Below, in pieces: positions 55,892 through 64,000 of a DNA stretch of 64,000 nt. This DNA is from Chromatiales bacterium (GTDB lineage: Bacteria; Pseudomonadota; Gammaproteobacteria; Steroidobacterales; Woeseiaceae). The position numbers and the translations under genes were made by a program. Location of the stretch: assembly GCA_004282875.1 (NCBI GenBank), contig SHLT01000003.1, forward strand, positions 12,917 through 76,916, written 5' to 3'. Within the stretch, counting starts at the first letter, position 1; every line of letters starts with the position of its first letter. Under the pieces are notes generated by a model. It saw nothing but the letters and a program-made list of their open reading frames with translations, ran no database searches and had not been told where the DNA came from.

Positions 55892-57781
55892 ATGCCCGGA
55901 AAGCTATCGAACGCAAAGATATTGTCCGTGACGGTATTGATTCTGTCATGCGGCGGTGCCGTCTCAGCGGACAGCGACTCACTGAGAGCGTTCACGGTTA
56001 GTGATTCCGTTGAGATGTCCTATTTCGGGAATGTGTACGAGTCGAGTCCGGCGCATTCCTACGACGATCGGGTCGTCTCGCCCGATGGCAAGCACATAGT
56101 GGTGATGACACATCGCGGCGTTCTGCCGGCAGGCTACTCTGAGGGAACAATCTGGCTCTTCGATGTCGATGACGTGCTGGCGTCGGTAAACGACGAAGAG
56201 ACCGAGGTGCCGACACCCGCAGCAATAGTGCGTATGTCCGCCACCGTGAATGGCCAAACCGGTGATTTCGATGACCGGGGCAATATCCTGTTTCAGCCGA
56301 GATGGTCCGACGACGGTCAGAGTCTGTACTTCATTGGTCGCGACGATAGCGAAAATCGGCAGCTCTTTGAAGTCGATGTGCGAACAGGCGAGCTAAAGCG
56401 CATTTCGCTCCCGGACCAGAACGTGATGTCGTATTTACCGGGACGGCAGTCAGTCGTGTACCTGGCGTCGCCGGGCATCGATGAGCAGCGGGAGTGGCTA
56501 TCTGCAGGTGAGGGTATTCCCGACGTGATCGTGGGGACCGGCACACCGTTGAACGAGTTGCTGTTCCCCAACTTCCGGGGATACGCGAACGCGTCACCCC
56601 TGGTCCTGACGGCCTGGCAGGTCACGCCGTCGGGTCCGACGGTGATAAACCATCTCTCGACCGAGGAGCCGCTGCAAATCGAGTCGACCTATATCGATGT
56701 TGCGGGCATTGCAGCCGCCGGGGAGCCATATGACGCCGTGGTCCTAAAGCTAGCGGCGCACACAGACTGGGTCGCCGGCACGGGTTACGTAGCAGGCGAG
56801 CGCGGACGACTAGGCCTGACGGTTGGCGAGTCGCTGAACAGCCCGCCCGTACTCATCGCAACCGATACCGGCAGCGGCGAGAGCCGGGCGCTGTTCGACC
56901 CGAATCCGCAGCTGGCAAACATCGCGATGGCCGAGGTCCGTGAGTTCGAGTGGCAGGACAAGTATGGGCGCACGCATGTCGCCGGCCTGGTGCTACCAGC
57001 CGACCACGTGGCAGGGCAGCGCCACCCGCTGGTCATTCAAACGCACGGCTTCAACAAGCGCCGCTTCTTCAAAATGGGCTACTCGAGAACCGCCAATGCG
57101 GGACGGGCACTGGCCGGGCGGGGCCTTGCGGTGCTGCAGGTTCAGGAGCCCCGTCCGGAGCGTGACGGAGTCTACGATGCAGCAAGGTTGGGTTCGGACG
57201 TTTATCTCAGCGCCGTCGATCAACTGGCTAAGAATGGCCTTGTGGACCCCGACAAGGTCGGCATCAGTGGCTACAGTTTCTCAGGCTGGCTTGCGGCGGA
57301 TGCGATTACGCGAGAGCCGGATCGCTTCGCAGCGGCGGTAATCGCGAACACGGATCCGCTGTCCCTGACCGGGTACTTCTCGTACGTCGACAGCCCGCTG
57401 CACGGTCTGGTTGAACCGACGTACGTCGGCACGGCCCCGTTCGGGGAAGGGATCAATGAGTGGCTCAAGCGATCGCCCAACTTCAATACGGACAGAATCT
57501 CAGCGCCGGTGCTGGTCTCCGCACTGGATCCGTTTCACCTGATCAGCCTGTGGGATCTCTATGCGGCATTGCGGTACCAGGGCAAGCCGGTGGAGCTGCA
57601 GTTCATGCGGACCGGCAATCACAACGTCATCAAACCGCTGCAGGTCGTCGCACATCACGAGATGATGGTGGACTGGTTCGACTTCTGGCTTGCCGGGGAC
57701 GAGTCGAGCGGTCAGGGTAAAGCCGAGCAGTATTCGAGATGGCGAGCCATGCGAGCGCGCCGGGGTGGCGACGACCAATAG
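55892..57781 (+). CDS. S9-family serine peptidase (beta-propeller + alpha/beta hydrolase), probable lipoprotein
   Basis: N-terminal LILSCG lipobox-like signal. Propeller-like N-half. Catalytic GISGYSFSGW and a late GNHNV His region. Confidence 0.8.
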   Translation: MPGKLSNAKILSVTVLILSCGGAVSADSDSLRAFTVSDSVEMSYFGNVYESSPAHSYDDRVVSPDGKHIVVMTHRGVLPAGYSEGTIWLFDVDDVLASVNDEETEVPTPAAIVRMSATVNGQTGDFDDRGNILFQPRWSDDGQSLYFIGRDDSENRQLFEVDVRTGELKRISLPDQNVMSYLPGRQSVVYLASPGIDEQREWLSAGEGIPDVIVGTGTPLNELLFPNFRGYANASPLVLTAWQVTPSGPTVINHLSTEEPLQIESTYIDVAGIAAAGEPYDAVVLKLAAHTDWVAGTGYVAGERGRLGLTVGESLNSPPVLIATDTGSGESRALFDPNPQLANIAMAEVREFEWQDKYGRTHVAGLVLPADHVAGQRHPLVIQTHGFNKRRFFKMGYSRTANAGRALAGRGLAVLQVQEPRPERDGVYDAARLGSDVYLSAVDQLAKNGLVDPDKVGISGYSFSGWLAADAITREPDRFAAAVIANTDPLSLTGYFSYVDSPLHGLVEPTYVGTAPFGEGINEWLKRSPNFNTDRISAPVLVSALDPFHLISLWDLYAALRYQGKPVELQFMRTGNHNVIKPLQVVAHHEMMVDWFDFWLAGDESSGQGKAEQYSRWRAMRARRGGDDQ

Positions 57782-57809
57782 CCTGTGCGGCTCCTGGAAA
57801 TCCAGCCAC

Positions 57810-58640
57810 TTACTCCGACGAAAATAGCCAGCGCATGCCAGCTCGAAACGATGCAGGCGGCGCGGACATGTGGGTATGTCCCTCGAGCGTCACGGTCTTA
57901 AGCTGCCAGGGCAGGTCGTCCGTATTCGACCAGTGCTCGATCCACTTAAGTGCCGGAACGCGGAATTGCTCGTCGTCATGTGACGCGCTCGCGACGAACA
58001 GTCTGGACGATTGCACGTCGTCATTCGCCGCGCCATGCGCCTGCAGGAAAAACGGCAGGTTGCGATGCAGGGCAGGGTTACTGGCAATGTGGCCCCAGAA
58101 CAGGTTCGGTTCGGTCAGTGCCGTGTACAGAACAAACTGCCCGGCAAGTGACTGGCCGAAAATGACCCGTCGGTCGGGTTGTGAGCGAAAGTTCTTTTCA
58201 ACGAGCGGCATCAGTTCGTCACTGAGGAAGGTCTGGTAGTTGCCAGCACCTCCCCAGTAGTCGCGTTCCTCGGACGGCGCGGTGTAGTCAGTGCTGCGGT
58301 AGTTGCCGCCTGAGAAGGTATCGGCACCGTAGGAGATGCCGACGATAATCGCATCGGGGACTTCCTGCCCGAAATTCAGGTAGCCGTAGTACGACACCAG
58401 CAGCGGGTACAGATTCCCGCCGTCGAGAACGTAGATGGTGGGGTAGGCCTGGTCTGCATTGTCTTCGTAGCCGTCGGGCAGCATGACGTAGACATGAAAG
58501 TCCCGGCCGACTGTCTCGGACTCAACCTGCAGATAGTGAGAGCCGCCGAGCCCCTGCAGGAAACGCGTGTCGACTTCGGACGCTGACGCAGATGCCGCAA
58601 GGAAAATTACTGCTACCAGAATTGTGCCAGCTCTCATCAC
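57810..58640 (-). CDS. exported alpha/beta hydrolase of the 'putative esterase' (IroE/COG2819-like) family
   Basis: Signal peptide. YPTIYVLDGG, nucleophile IFGQSLAGQF, C-terminal His (LEGHTHMS). The start abuts the upstream DUF547 stop. Confidence 0.7.
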   Translation of the reverse strand: MMRAGTILVAVIFLAASASASEVDTRFLQGLGGSHYLQVESETVGRDFHVYVMLPDGYEDNADQAYPTIYVLDGGNLYPLLVSYYGYLNFGQEVPDAIIVGISYGADTFSGGNYRSTDYTAPSEERDYWGGAGNYQTFLSDELMPLVEKNFRSQPDRRVIFGQSLAGQFVLYTALTEPNLFWGHIASNPALHRNLPFFLQAHGAANDDVQSSRLFVASASHDDEQFRVPALKWIEHWSNTDDLPWQLKTVTLEGHTHMSAPPASFRAGMRWLFSSE

Positions 58641-59519
58641 CTAGTCCTTGCTGTTCAAGCCCCAGTCGTAGTCACGAAACTCGATCGCGTAGTCGGTGGC
58701 TTGTTGCAGGTCGTCGCGCAAGGGTTCCTGTGCCACCGTCCCGAGGTAGTCAAGCAGTCCGTGCTTCGCAGGCCGGCCAAGCGCGACCATGTGATTGACG
58801 AAGTCCTTCTTGTACCACTTGAAGATCGTAGACAGGAATACAGTGCGGCGCTTGTGGTCGACGAACACGTTGTCGCTGTCGTTCACGAATTCGACAGCGG
58901 CAGCCGCGAGTAGTTCTTGCAATTCTTCGCCTGTCGGCAAGTCTGGCCTCGCAACGGGACAGCTTTCGCTCGCGCAGTTGAGAACGAAGTGAATGCGCGG
59001 GTCCCGAAAACCCTTCCGAATCTTTTCGTTCTCGACCCTGAGCAGGCTCATGTGTTCGCCGCCGAACGGGAAGCGCAGTTGGAAGAAAAAGCCCATGCCT
59101 TTCACGACTTCGAGTGGCGCCTTGACGTCGGTGACGCTGGTGAGCGGCCAGTTCATCAGGACACCTTTGATCACCCAGGCGTTGTAGCCGTACATCCAGT
59201 AGGCGAGTTCATCATTCCGTGTGGGGAAGCGCTCGGGCGTGTTGTCGGGGCTGTAGGCGTTGACGGCTGCAAGGTAGCCGTCGAGTGCTGCAACGTGCTC
59301 GCGCGAGTCATGCCAGCGTTGGTAATCCACGCGACCGTCCGCCGAGACGTAGGTCTCCAGGAGCCCGGCGAAGGCGTCGTGCGAGAAGCCTTGCTCGGGG
59401 AAGGCGGCAGGCAGCGGCGCATCGATATTGACCCGGCGCGGGCGGTTGGCCCACAGGCAGGCGGCCACCACGACGGCGATGCCGAGCAAGGCCCAGAGAA
59501 TGAGTGCGGGTTTATCCAT
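58641..59519 (-). CDS. DUF547-domain protein with N-terminal membrane anchor
   Basis: ATG 59519 (MDKPALILWALLGIAVVVAAC). DUF547 hallmarks ELAYWMYGYNAWVI and IHFVLNCASESCPV. Confidence 0.7.
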   Translation of the reverse strand: MDKPALILWALLGIAVVVAACLWANRPRRVNIDAPLPAAFPEQGFSHDAFAGLLETYVSADGRVDYQRWHDSREHVAALDGYLAAVNAYSPDNTPERFPTRNDELAYWMYGYNAWVIKGVLMNWPLTSVTDVKAPLEVVKGMGFFFQLRFPFGGEHMSLLRVENEKIRKGFRDPRIHFVLNCASESCPVARPDLPTGEELQELLAAAAVEFVNDSDNVFVDHKRRTVFLSTIFKWYKKDFVNHMVALGRPAKHGLLDYLGTVAQEPLRDDLQQATDYAIEFRDYDWGLNSKD

Positions 59520-59610
59520 CCCTTTAGAGGACCATCCAATGTCTGTTTGTATTACGCAGCGGCGCCACGGTGATACGATCGTAATCCTTTTCGACCGACA
59601 AGAGCTTCCG

Positions 59611-60720
59611 ATGCGTCTCAAATACAAGATCGTGAACGGCATACTGGCCGTCCTTGGCGTGGCTATTCTCTGCCTGGCCATCACCATCAGCTACACGTCG
59701 GATTGCGAGCCGGCGCCAGGCGTTGCCGCGGGTACCGAGACAATGAAGGCTGTCGTCTCTCGCTGCTATGGCGGACCCGAGGCGCTCGAGTACCTCGACG
59801 TGGCGAAACCTGTGCCCGGGCCGAAAGACGTGCTCGTCAAGGTCAAGGCCGCGGCCGTCAATCCGCTCGACTACCACTACATGCGCGGTTCTCCGTACCT
59901 GATGCGTCTGGCCGCCGGTATCGGCCGCCCCAGCGATACCAGTATGGGCGTTGACTTCGCCGGCGTCGTAGAGGCTGTGGGCGAGGAAGTGACGGAATTC
60001 GCCGTCGGCGACGCCGTATTTGGCGGGCGCAGCGGCGCATTTGCAGAGTACGTGGTGGTACCTGAGGACCGCGCGATCACGGCAAAGCCCGACAACGTTA
60101 GTTTCGACGAAGCCGCCGCAATCGGGATTGCGGGAGTGACCGCCCTGCAGGCACTGCGTGACCATGGCCAGTTACAGGCGGGCCAGAAAGTGCTCATCAA
60201 CGGTGCATCGGGCGGTGTTGGCACCTATGCGGTGCAGATAGCGAAGTCCCTGGGTGCCGAGGTGCACGGCGTCTGCAGTACCCGCAATGTCGAGATGGTG
60301 CTCGCGCTTGGCGCGGATCACGTCTTTGACTACAAACAAGAAAACTACACCGAGAGCGGCAACGAGTACGATTTGATCGTCGACATGGTGGGGAATCTGT
60401 CGTTGTCGGCGAACCGCAAGGTGCTCAAGCCGGAAGGGCGTATGGTGATCGTTGGCGGCCCGAAGGGAGACTGGATTGCCCCGTTGGTGCCGCTCGTCAA
60501 GGCGATGACGTTGTCGCTATTCGTCGACCAGGAAATCGGCACCATACTGGCCCGGTTGAGCGGTGACGATCTCGAATACCTCGCCGGCCTCATGGCGGAC
60601 GGGAAGATGACGACTCGCATCGATACGCACTATCCGCTGAGCGAAACCGCTGAAGCGCTGCGCTATCTTGAGACGCAGCGCGCCCGCGGCAAGGTGATTG
60701 TTGACGTGGACGGTTCCTGA
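59611..60720 (+). CDS. MDR-superfamily NAD(P)-dependent oxidoreductase (quinone oxidoreductase/ADH-like), possibly membrane-anchored
   Basis: Core begins MKAVVSRCYGGPEAL (ATG 59743), with INGASGGVGTYAVQIAK cofactor motif. The in-frame upstream ATG 59611 adds a 44-aa segment containing a TM helix. Confidence 0.8.
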   Translation: MRLKYKIVNGILAVLGVAILCLAITISYTSDCEPAPGVAAGTETMKAVVSRCYGGPEALEYLDVAKPVPGPKDVLVKVKAAAVNPLDYHYMRGSPYLMRLAAGIGRPSDTSMGVDFAGVVEAVGEEVTEFAVGDAVFGGRSGAFAEYVVVPEDRAITAKPDNVSFDEAAAIGIAGVTALQALRDHGQLQAGQKVLINGASGGVGTYAVQIAKSLGAEVHGVCSTRNVEMVLALGADHVFDYKQENYTESGNEYDLIVDMVGNLSLSANRKVLKPEGRMVIVGGPKGDWIAPLVPLVKAMTLSLFVDQEIGTILARLSGDDLEYLAGLMADGKMTTRIDTHYPLSETAEALRYLETQRARGKVIVDVDGS

Positions 60721-60733
60721 AGCGGGGCAGGGC

Positions 60734-61102
60734 CTAACGCTCCAGCTGCTCGGACACCCGGCGCCGGCATTCCTCTTCTATCTTCTTTGCCATCCGCCGA
60801 TCGTGAATTGTGCACACGATGTACACATGTTCACTGTCGCGCACCATGGGCCCCTCTTCCTTGGTCACAACGGCCGAAAGGGTCAGATCGGCTGAGGTGA
60901 TGTCATCGGGGTGCGCGGTTCTGCTGGTTCTGTCGAATGGCTTGGGGAAATCCTCGGCTTTCAGGGCATTGATGATGTCCATCGCCATCTGAAACTGCTC
61001 AACGACGGGTGTTTCATCAGGCATCTCTATGCGCACTTCGTTGGTCTCGGATTCGCAAGCCCAAAGGGCCATGAGTACGGCGAGTCCAGCAATCTTTTTC
61101 AT
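60734..61102 (-). CDS. small lipoprotein (hypothetical)
   Basis: ATG 61102 gives MKKIAGLAVLMALWAC (lipobox). 122 aa. Confidence 0.45.
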   Translation of the reverse strand: MKKIAGLAVLMALWACESETNEVRIEMPDETPVVEQFQMAMDIINALKAEDFPKPFDRTSRTAHPDDITSADLTLSAVVTKEEGPMVRDSEHVYIVCTIHDRRMAKKIEEECRRRVSEQLER

Positions 61103-61134
61103 CTGTCTCTCCAGCAATGAAGCAGCATCCGCGG

Positions 61135-61536
61135 CTATCCTTCGAACGCTTCAAGGTGCTGACGACCGTCGTCTCCGATCTCGTCCCACTCAGCCTTCGA
61201 GCCGACCCAGATGTGGTGGGCGACATGGAGGGACACGCTGTCATCGTCAACGAGGCCGGCCGGAACAAACATCCTCGATTCATCGTTGATACCAGGAACG
61301 GGAGACCCGCATCGGCTGCAAAACCACATCTGCCAGTGTGAATCAGGCTTTTTCCAGGACGTGATGAGTTTTTCCCCGCCCGTCCATTCGAAGCTGTCGT
61401 TGTCGACAATCAGGATCGCGATGCCATTGCTGCCGGTCGCTCGCCGACAGATCGAGCAGTGACAGACGATCACATCCGTGAGATTAGAGGTGATTGTGAA
61501 ATTGACTGCCTCGCAGTTGCATCTTCCCTTCAGCAT
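61135..61536 (-). CDS. GFA-family protein (second copy)
   Basis: Cys pattern CNCEAV..CHCSICRR..CSRCGSP. Confidence 0.75.
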   Translation of the reverse strand: MLKGRCNCEAVNFTITSNLTDVIVCHCSICRRATGSNGIAILIVDNDSFEWTGGEKLITSWKKPDSHWQMWFCSRCGSPVPGINDESRMFVPAGLVDDDSVSLHVAHHIWVGSKAEWDEIGDDGRQHLEAFEG

Positions 61537-61581
61537 CGCGCTCCTCCCCGTCTACGCGTTTTCGATTCGCAGTAGCTTACG

Positions 61582-62334
61582 CTAGCGGCCGCCCGCCGCA
61601 TCAATAAAGGTGCCGTTCACGTAGGAGGCCTCGTCCGACAGGAGCCATGCGATGGCATGCGCGACCTCCTCGGGCGAACCGCCACGTCCCATCGGTATGG
61701 AATCGGCGAGACGGTCGACTCGATCCGGTTCGCCGCCGTCGGCATGCATGTCGGTGTAAATGAACCCCGGACGGACGCAATTGACGCGAATACCCTCAGC
61801 GGCCACTTCGACTGACAGTCCCCTCGTCAGCGTGTCTATCGCGCCTTTGGAGGCTGCGTAGTCCACGTATTCTCCTGGCGACCCGGTGCGGGCGGCGGCA
61901 GAGGAGACATTGACGATCGAACCGCCTCGTCCGCCATGCCGCGTCGACATGCGCTTGATCGCCTCCCGGCAGCACAGAAATGCTCCAGTCACGTTGGTGG
62001 CGAGAATCCGGTTGATACGCCCGGCATCCATGTTCTCGACCCGCATCTGCGGTAACAGCATGCCGGCATTGTTCACGAGTGCCTCCACGGGCCCCAGCTC
62101 TTTGTCCACGGTCTTGAACAAGCGAACAGCATCGTCTTCAAGGCTGACATCGGCCTGCACGGCGATCGCCGTTGCGCCAGCGGATACGAGCTCATCGGCC
62201 ACCGCGCGGGCGGCCGCCGCATCCGCGCGATAGTTAACGCAAACACGATAGCCTTTGCCTGCCAACAGCTTTGCGGTTGCCGCGCCGATGCCCCGGCTGC
62301 TGCCGGTTACGATTGCAACGCGTTTGCTGTTCAT
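61582..62334 (-). CDS. SDR-family oxidoreductase
   Basis: VTGSSRGIGAA, NNAG, catalytic YAASKGA. Confidence 0.85.
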   Translation of the reverse strand: MNSKRVAIVTGSSRGIGAATAKLLAGKGYRVCVNYRADAAAARAVADELVSAGATAIAVQADVSLEDDAVRLFKTVDKELGPVEALVNNAGMLLPQMRVENMDAGRINRILATNVTGAFLCCREAIKRMSTRHGGRGGSIVNVSSAAARTGSPGEYVDYAASKGAIDTLTRGLSVEVAAEGIRVNCVRPGFIYTDMHADGGEPDRVDRLADSIPMGRGGSPEEVAHAIAWLLSDEASYVNGTFIDAAGGR

Positions 62335-62368
62335 TCGGGCCTCCTCGCCGACCGACCGCAGTGCTGAC

Positions 62369-62737
62369 CTAGGTTTTGAACATCTTTAGCAAATCTTTTG
62401 CATAGTTGATCGCCCTTCGCTCAATCTTGCTCAGCGAGTCGGCTTGTCCTTTCTCGGGTTCGTTCAACAGGGATTGGGCGAACTCAATCGCGTCTCGCTC
62501 AATCTTGTTGATCATGGCTTGCTGTGGCTGGTCTTTCTGGTCTTCCGGGCGCATCGTCTGCTCCTCCATCAATGTGCTTATCGAAGTCTCAAACACAGCG
62601 GCGAGGCACTTGAGCGATTCCAGTCCGGCTTTCTGCCCACTCTCGATCCTTTGTATCGTACGTGTGCTCAAACCGGAGTGGCGAGCAAGTTCTTCCTGCG
62701 ACCATCCTTTCTCAAGTCGCCTTTCCTGGATACTCAT
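62369..62737 (-). CDS. XRE-family helix-turn-helix transcriptional regulator
   Basis: ATG 62737 gives MSIQERRLEKGWSQEELARHSGLSTRTIQRIESGQ. The helical C-terminal half is unassigned. Confidence 0.7.
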   Translation of the reverse strand: MSIQERRLEKGWSQEELARHSGLSTRTIQRIESGQKAGLESLKCLAAVFETSISTLMEEQTMRPEDQKDQPQQAMINKIERDAIEFAQSLLNEPEKGQADSLSKIERRAINYAKDLLKMFKT

Positions 62738-62844
62738 GGCGTTGACCTTTGCTGTGGTGCGCTCATTTATGACAGGGCTTGGGAAGCACGAACACGACAC
62801 TGTCGCGACACTAACCCGCCAGACGCCGCCGCGCACTGGCTGAA

Positions 62845-63189
62845 CTAGCTTGTCTCAGCTTCGATCTCTTTCTGCAACTGCTCGAGCTCGTCAAGAATCC
62901 GCACGAATTTCTCACCGAACTCGGTGACGACGTACTCAACCCTGGGAGGGATTTCCGGGTAGGCGATGCGTTCGAGAATGCCGAAATCCACGTTCTTGCG
63001 GAGACAGTCGTTCAACACCTTGGTCGAAAGCCCATCGACGCTGCGCACCATTTTCCCGGGCCTGTTCACGCCGCTCGCAACGAGCTGGTACACGGTCAGC
63101 GACCACTTGCAGCCATAAATGGCCTCGACCATGCGCGCGCTATCGGTAGGCGGCGTCTTTCTGGAAGTTTTTTTCGTCTGGTCTTTCAA
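62845..63189 (-). CDS. HxlR-family winged-helix transcriptional regulator
   Basis: CKWSLTVYQLV..PGKMVRSVDGLSTKVLNDCLRKNVDFGILERIAYPEIPPRVEYVVTEFG is the typical HxlR fold. It is divergent from an SDR gene. Confidence 0.8.
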   Translation of the reverse strand: MKDQTKKTSRKTPPTDSARMVEAIYGCKWSLTVYQLVASGVNRPGKMVRSVDGLSTKVLNDCLRKNVDFGILERIAYPEIPPRVEYVVTEFGEKFVRILDELEQLQKEIEAETS

Positions 63190-63298
63190 GAAGATGTACC
63201 AATAAGTGCCTACCCAACCGCTTTATGCTTACTTTTCTGTCGATCTCAAACTGCCTACGCTGGACCCATACCTACAGCGAACAGACATGGAGATTATT

Positions 63299-64000
63299 AT
63301 GACATCGACAACCCAGACCTGGGCACTAATTATTGGCGGCTCCAGCGGTATCGGTTACTCGATTTCCAGCCAGCTGCTGCAATCCGGCATCTCTACTTTG
63401 ATCGTCGGCAGAGACGGGGAAAAGCTCGAACGTGCACGACAGAGTCTGTCTGCCTTCGGCGAGGTGGAGTCAATACAAGCCGATTTGTATGAGCCTTCGG
63501 ACCTTGCCAGGATTGACGCCGTCGCCAACGATGCAAGTCGCCATATCCGATACCTCGTCAACGCCGCCGGCTATTTCAATCCCACGGCGTTCCTTGATCA
63601 CACCGAGGATGACTACGAGACTTATATGGGCCTCAACAAGGCCATATTCTTCATTTCCCAGGCAGTCGCAAGGAATATGCAGGCCAACGGCGGTGGAGCC
63701 ATCGTCAACATTGGATCTATGTGGGCCAGGCAGGCAATCAAGGCAACGCCGTCTTCTGCGTATTCCATGGCCAAGTCGGCGCTCCACGCTCTTACTCAAC
63801 ACATGGCGATGGAACTGGCCGACAGCAATATCCGGGTAAACGCGGTTGCGCCCGCTGTTGTGAGAACCCCCATATACGAAGCGTTCATTGATCCGCAGGA
63901 GATGGACACAGCGCTCGCCGCGTTCGATGACTTTCACCCGATCGGACGAACGGGCGAAGCAGAGGACGTCGCCAATACGGCGGCGTTCTTGCTATCGGAC
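63299..64000 (+). CDS. SDR-family oxidoreductase, 3' end outside the window
   Basis: Not in the ORF track because there is no stop in the window. My translation from ATG 63299 gives MTSTTQTWALIIGGSSGIGYS.., NAAG, catalytic YSMAKSA. The frame is open to nt 64000. Confidence 0.8.
   Translation, partial: MTSTTQTWALIIGGSSGIGYSISSQLLQSGISTLIVGRDGEKLERARQSLSAFGEVESIQADLYEPSDLARIDAVANDASRHIRYLVNAAGYFNPTAFLDHTEDDYETYMGLNKAIFFISQAVARNMQANGGGAIVNIGSMWARQAIKATPSSAYSMAKSALHALTQHMAMELADSNIRVNAVAPAVVRTPIYEAFIDPQEMDTALAAFDDFHPIGRTGEAEDVANTAAFLLSD

Overview
This is a high-GC chromosomal segment (GC judged by eye, not computed). By gene content it looks like a marine-type gammaproteobacterium, which is a guess. 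I call about 68 protein-coding genes, very tightly packed. While reading I saw no rRNA, tRNA, CRISPR array, transposase, integrase, phage gene or recognisable defence gene.

Recognisable content:
- A glyoxylate-shunt neighbourhood: an XRE/RamB-like regulator, malate synthase G, modABC wedged in, then a long-form isocitrate lyase.
- Two TonB-dependent receptors and two Na+/solute symporters.
- A TPR-sulfotransferase next to an Asp/Asn beta-hydroxylase-family gene.
- A split Blh-type persulfide dioxygenase pair.
- A 981-aa lipoprotein made of two fused amidohydrolase modules.
- Prolyl oligopeptidase and a second S9 peptidase.
- A GGDEF cyclase, a D-cysteine desulfhydrase/ACC deaminase-family enzyme, and a cNMP-binding rhodanese protein.
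- Several SDR/MDR oxidoreductases, two GFA-family proteins, and LysR, TetR, XRE and HxlR regulators.
- Roughly a dozen small exported or membrane orphans.

I cannot point to a convincing brand-new multi-gene machine such as a defence, secretion or mobile system. The strongest leads are at the operon and regulatory level:
1. Four copies of a 16-bp palindrome bracket a TetR gene. They tie a TonB-dependent receptor to a five-gene, translationally coupled operon: acyl-CoA ligase, hydrolase, lipoprotein esterase, symporter, DUF1697.
2. A TGTGAAATT-type motif with 7-1-7 palindromes is shared by the glcB and aceA upstream regions, beside the RamB-like regulator.
3. A symporter, TPR-sulfotransferase, beta-hydroxylase and receptor are grouped with no obvious substrate gene.

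All family assignments rest on motif recognition from the translated ORFs. No searches were run.
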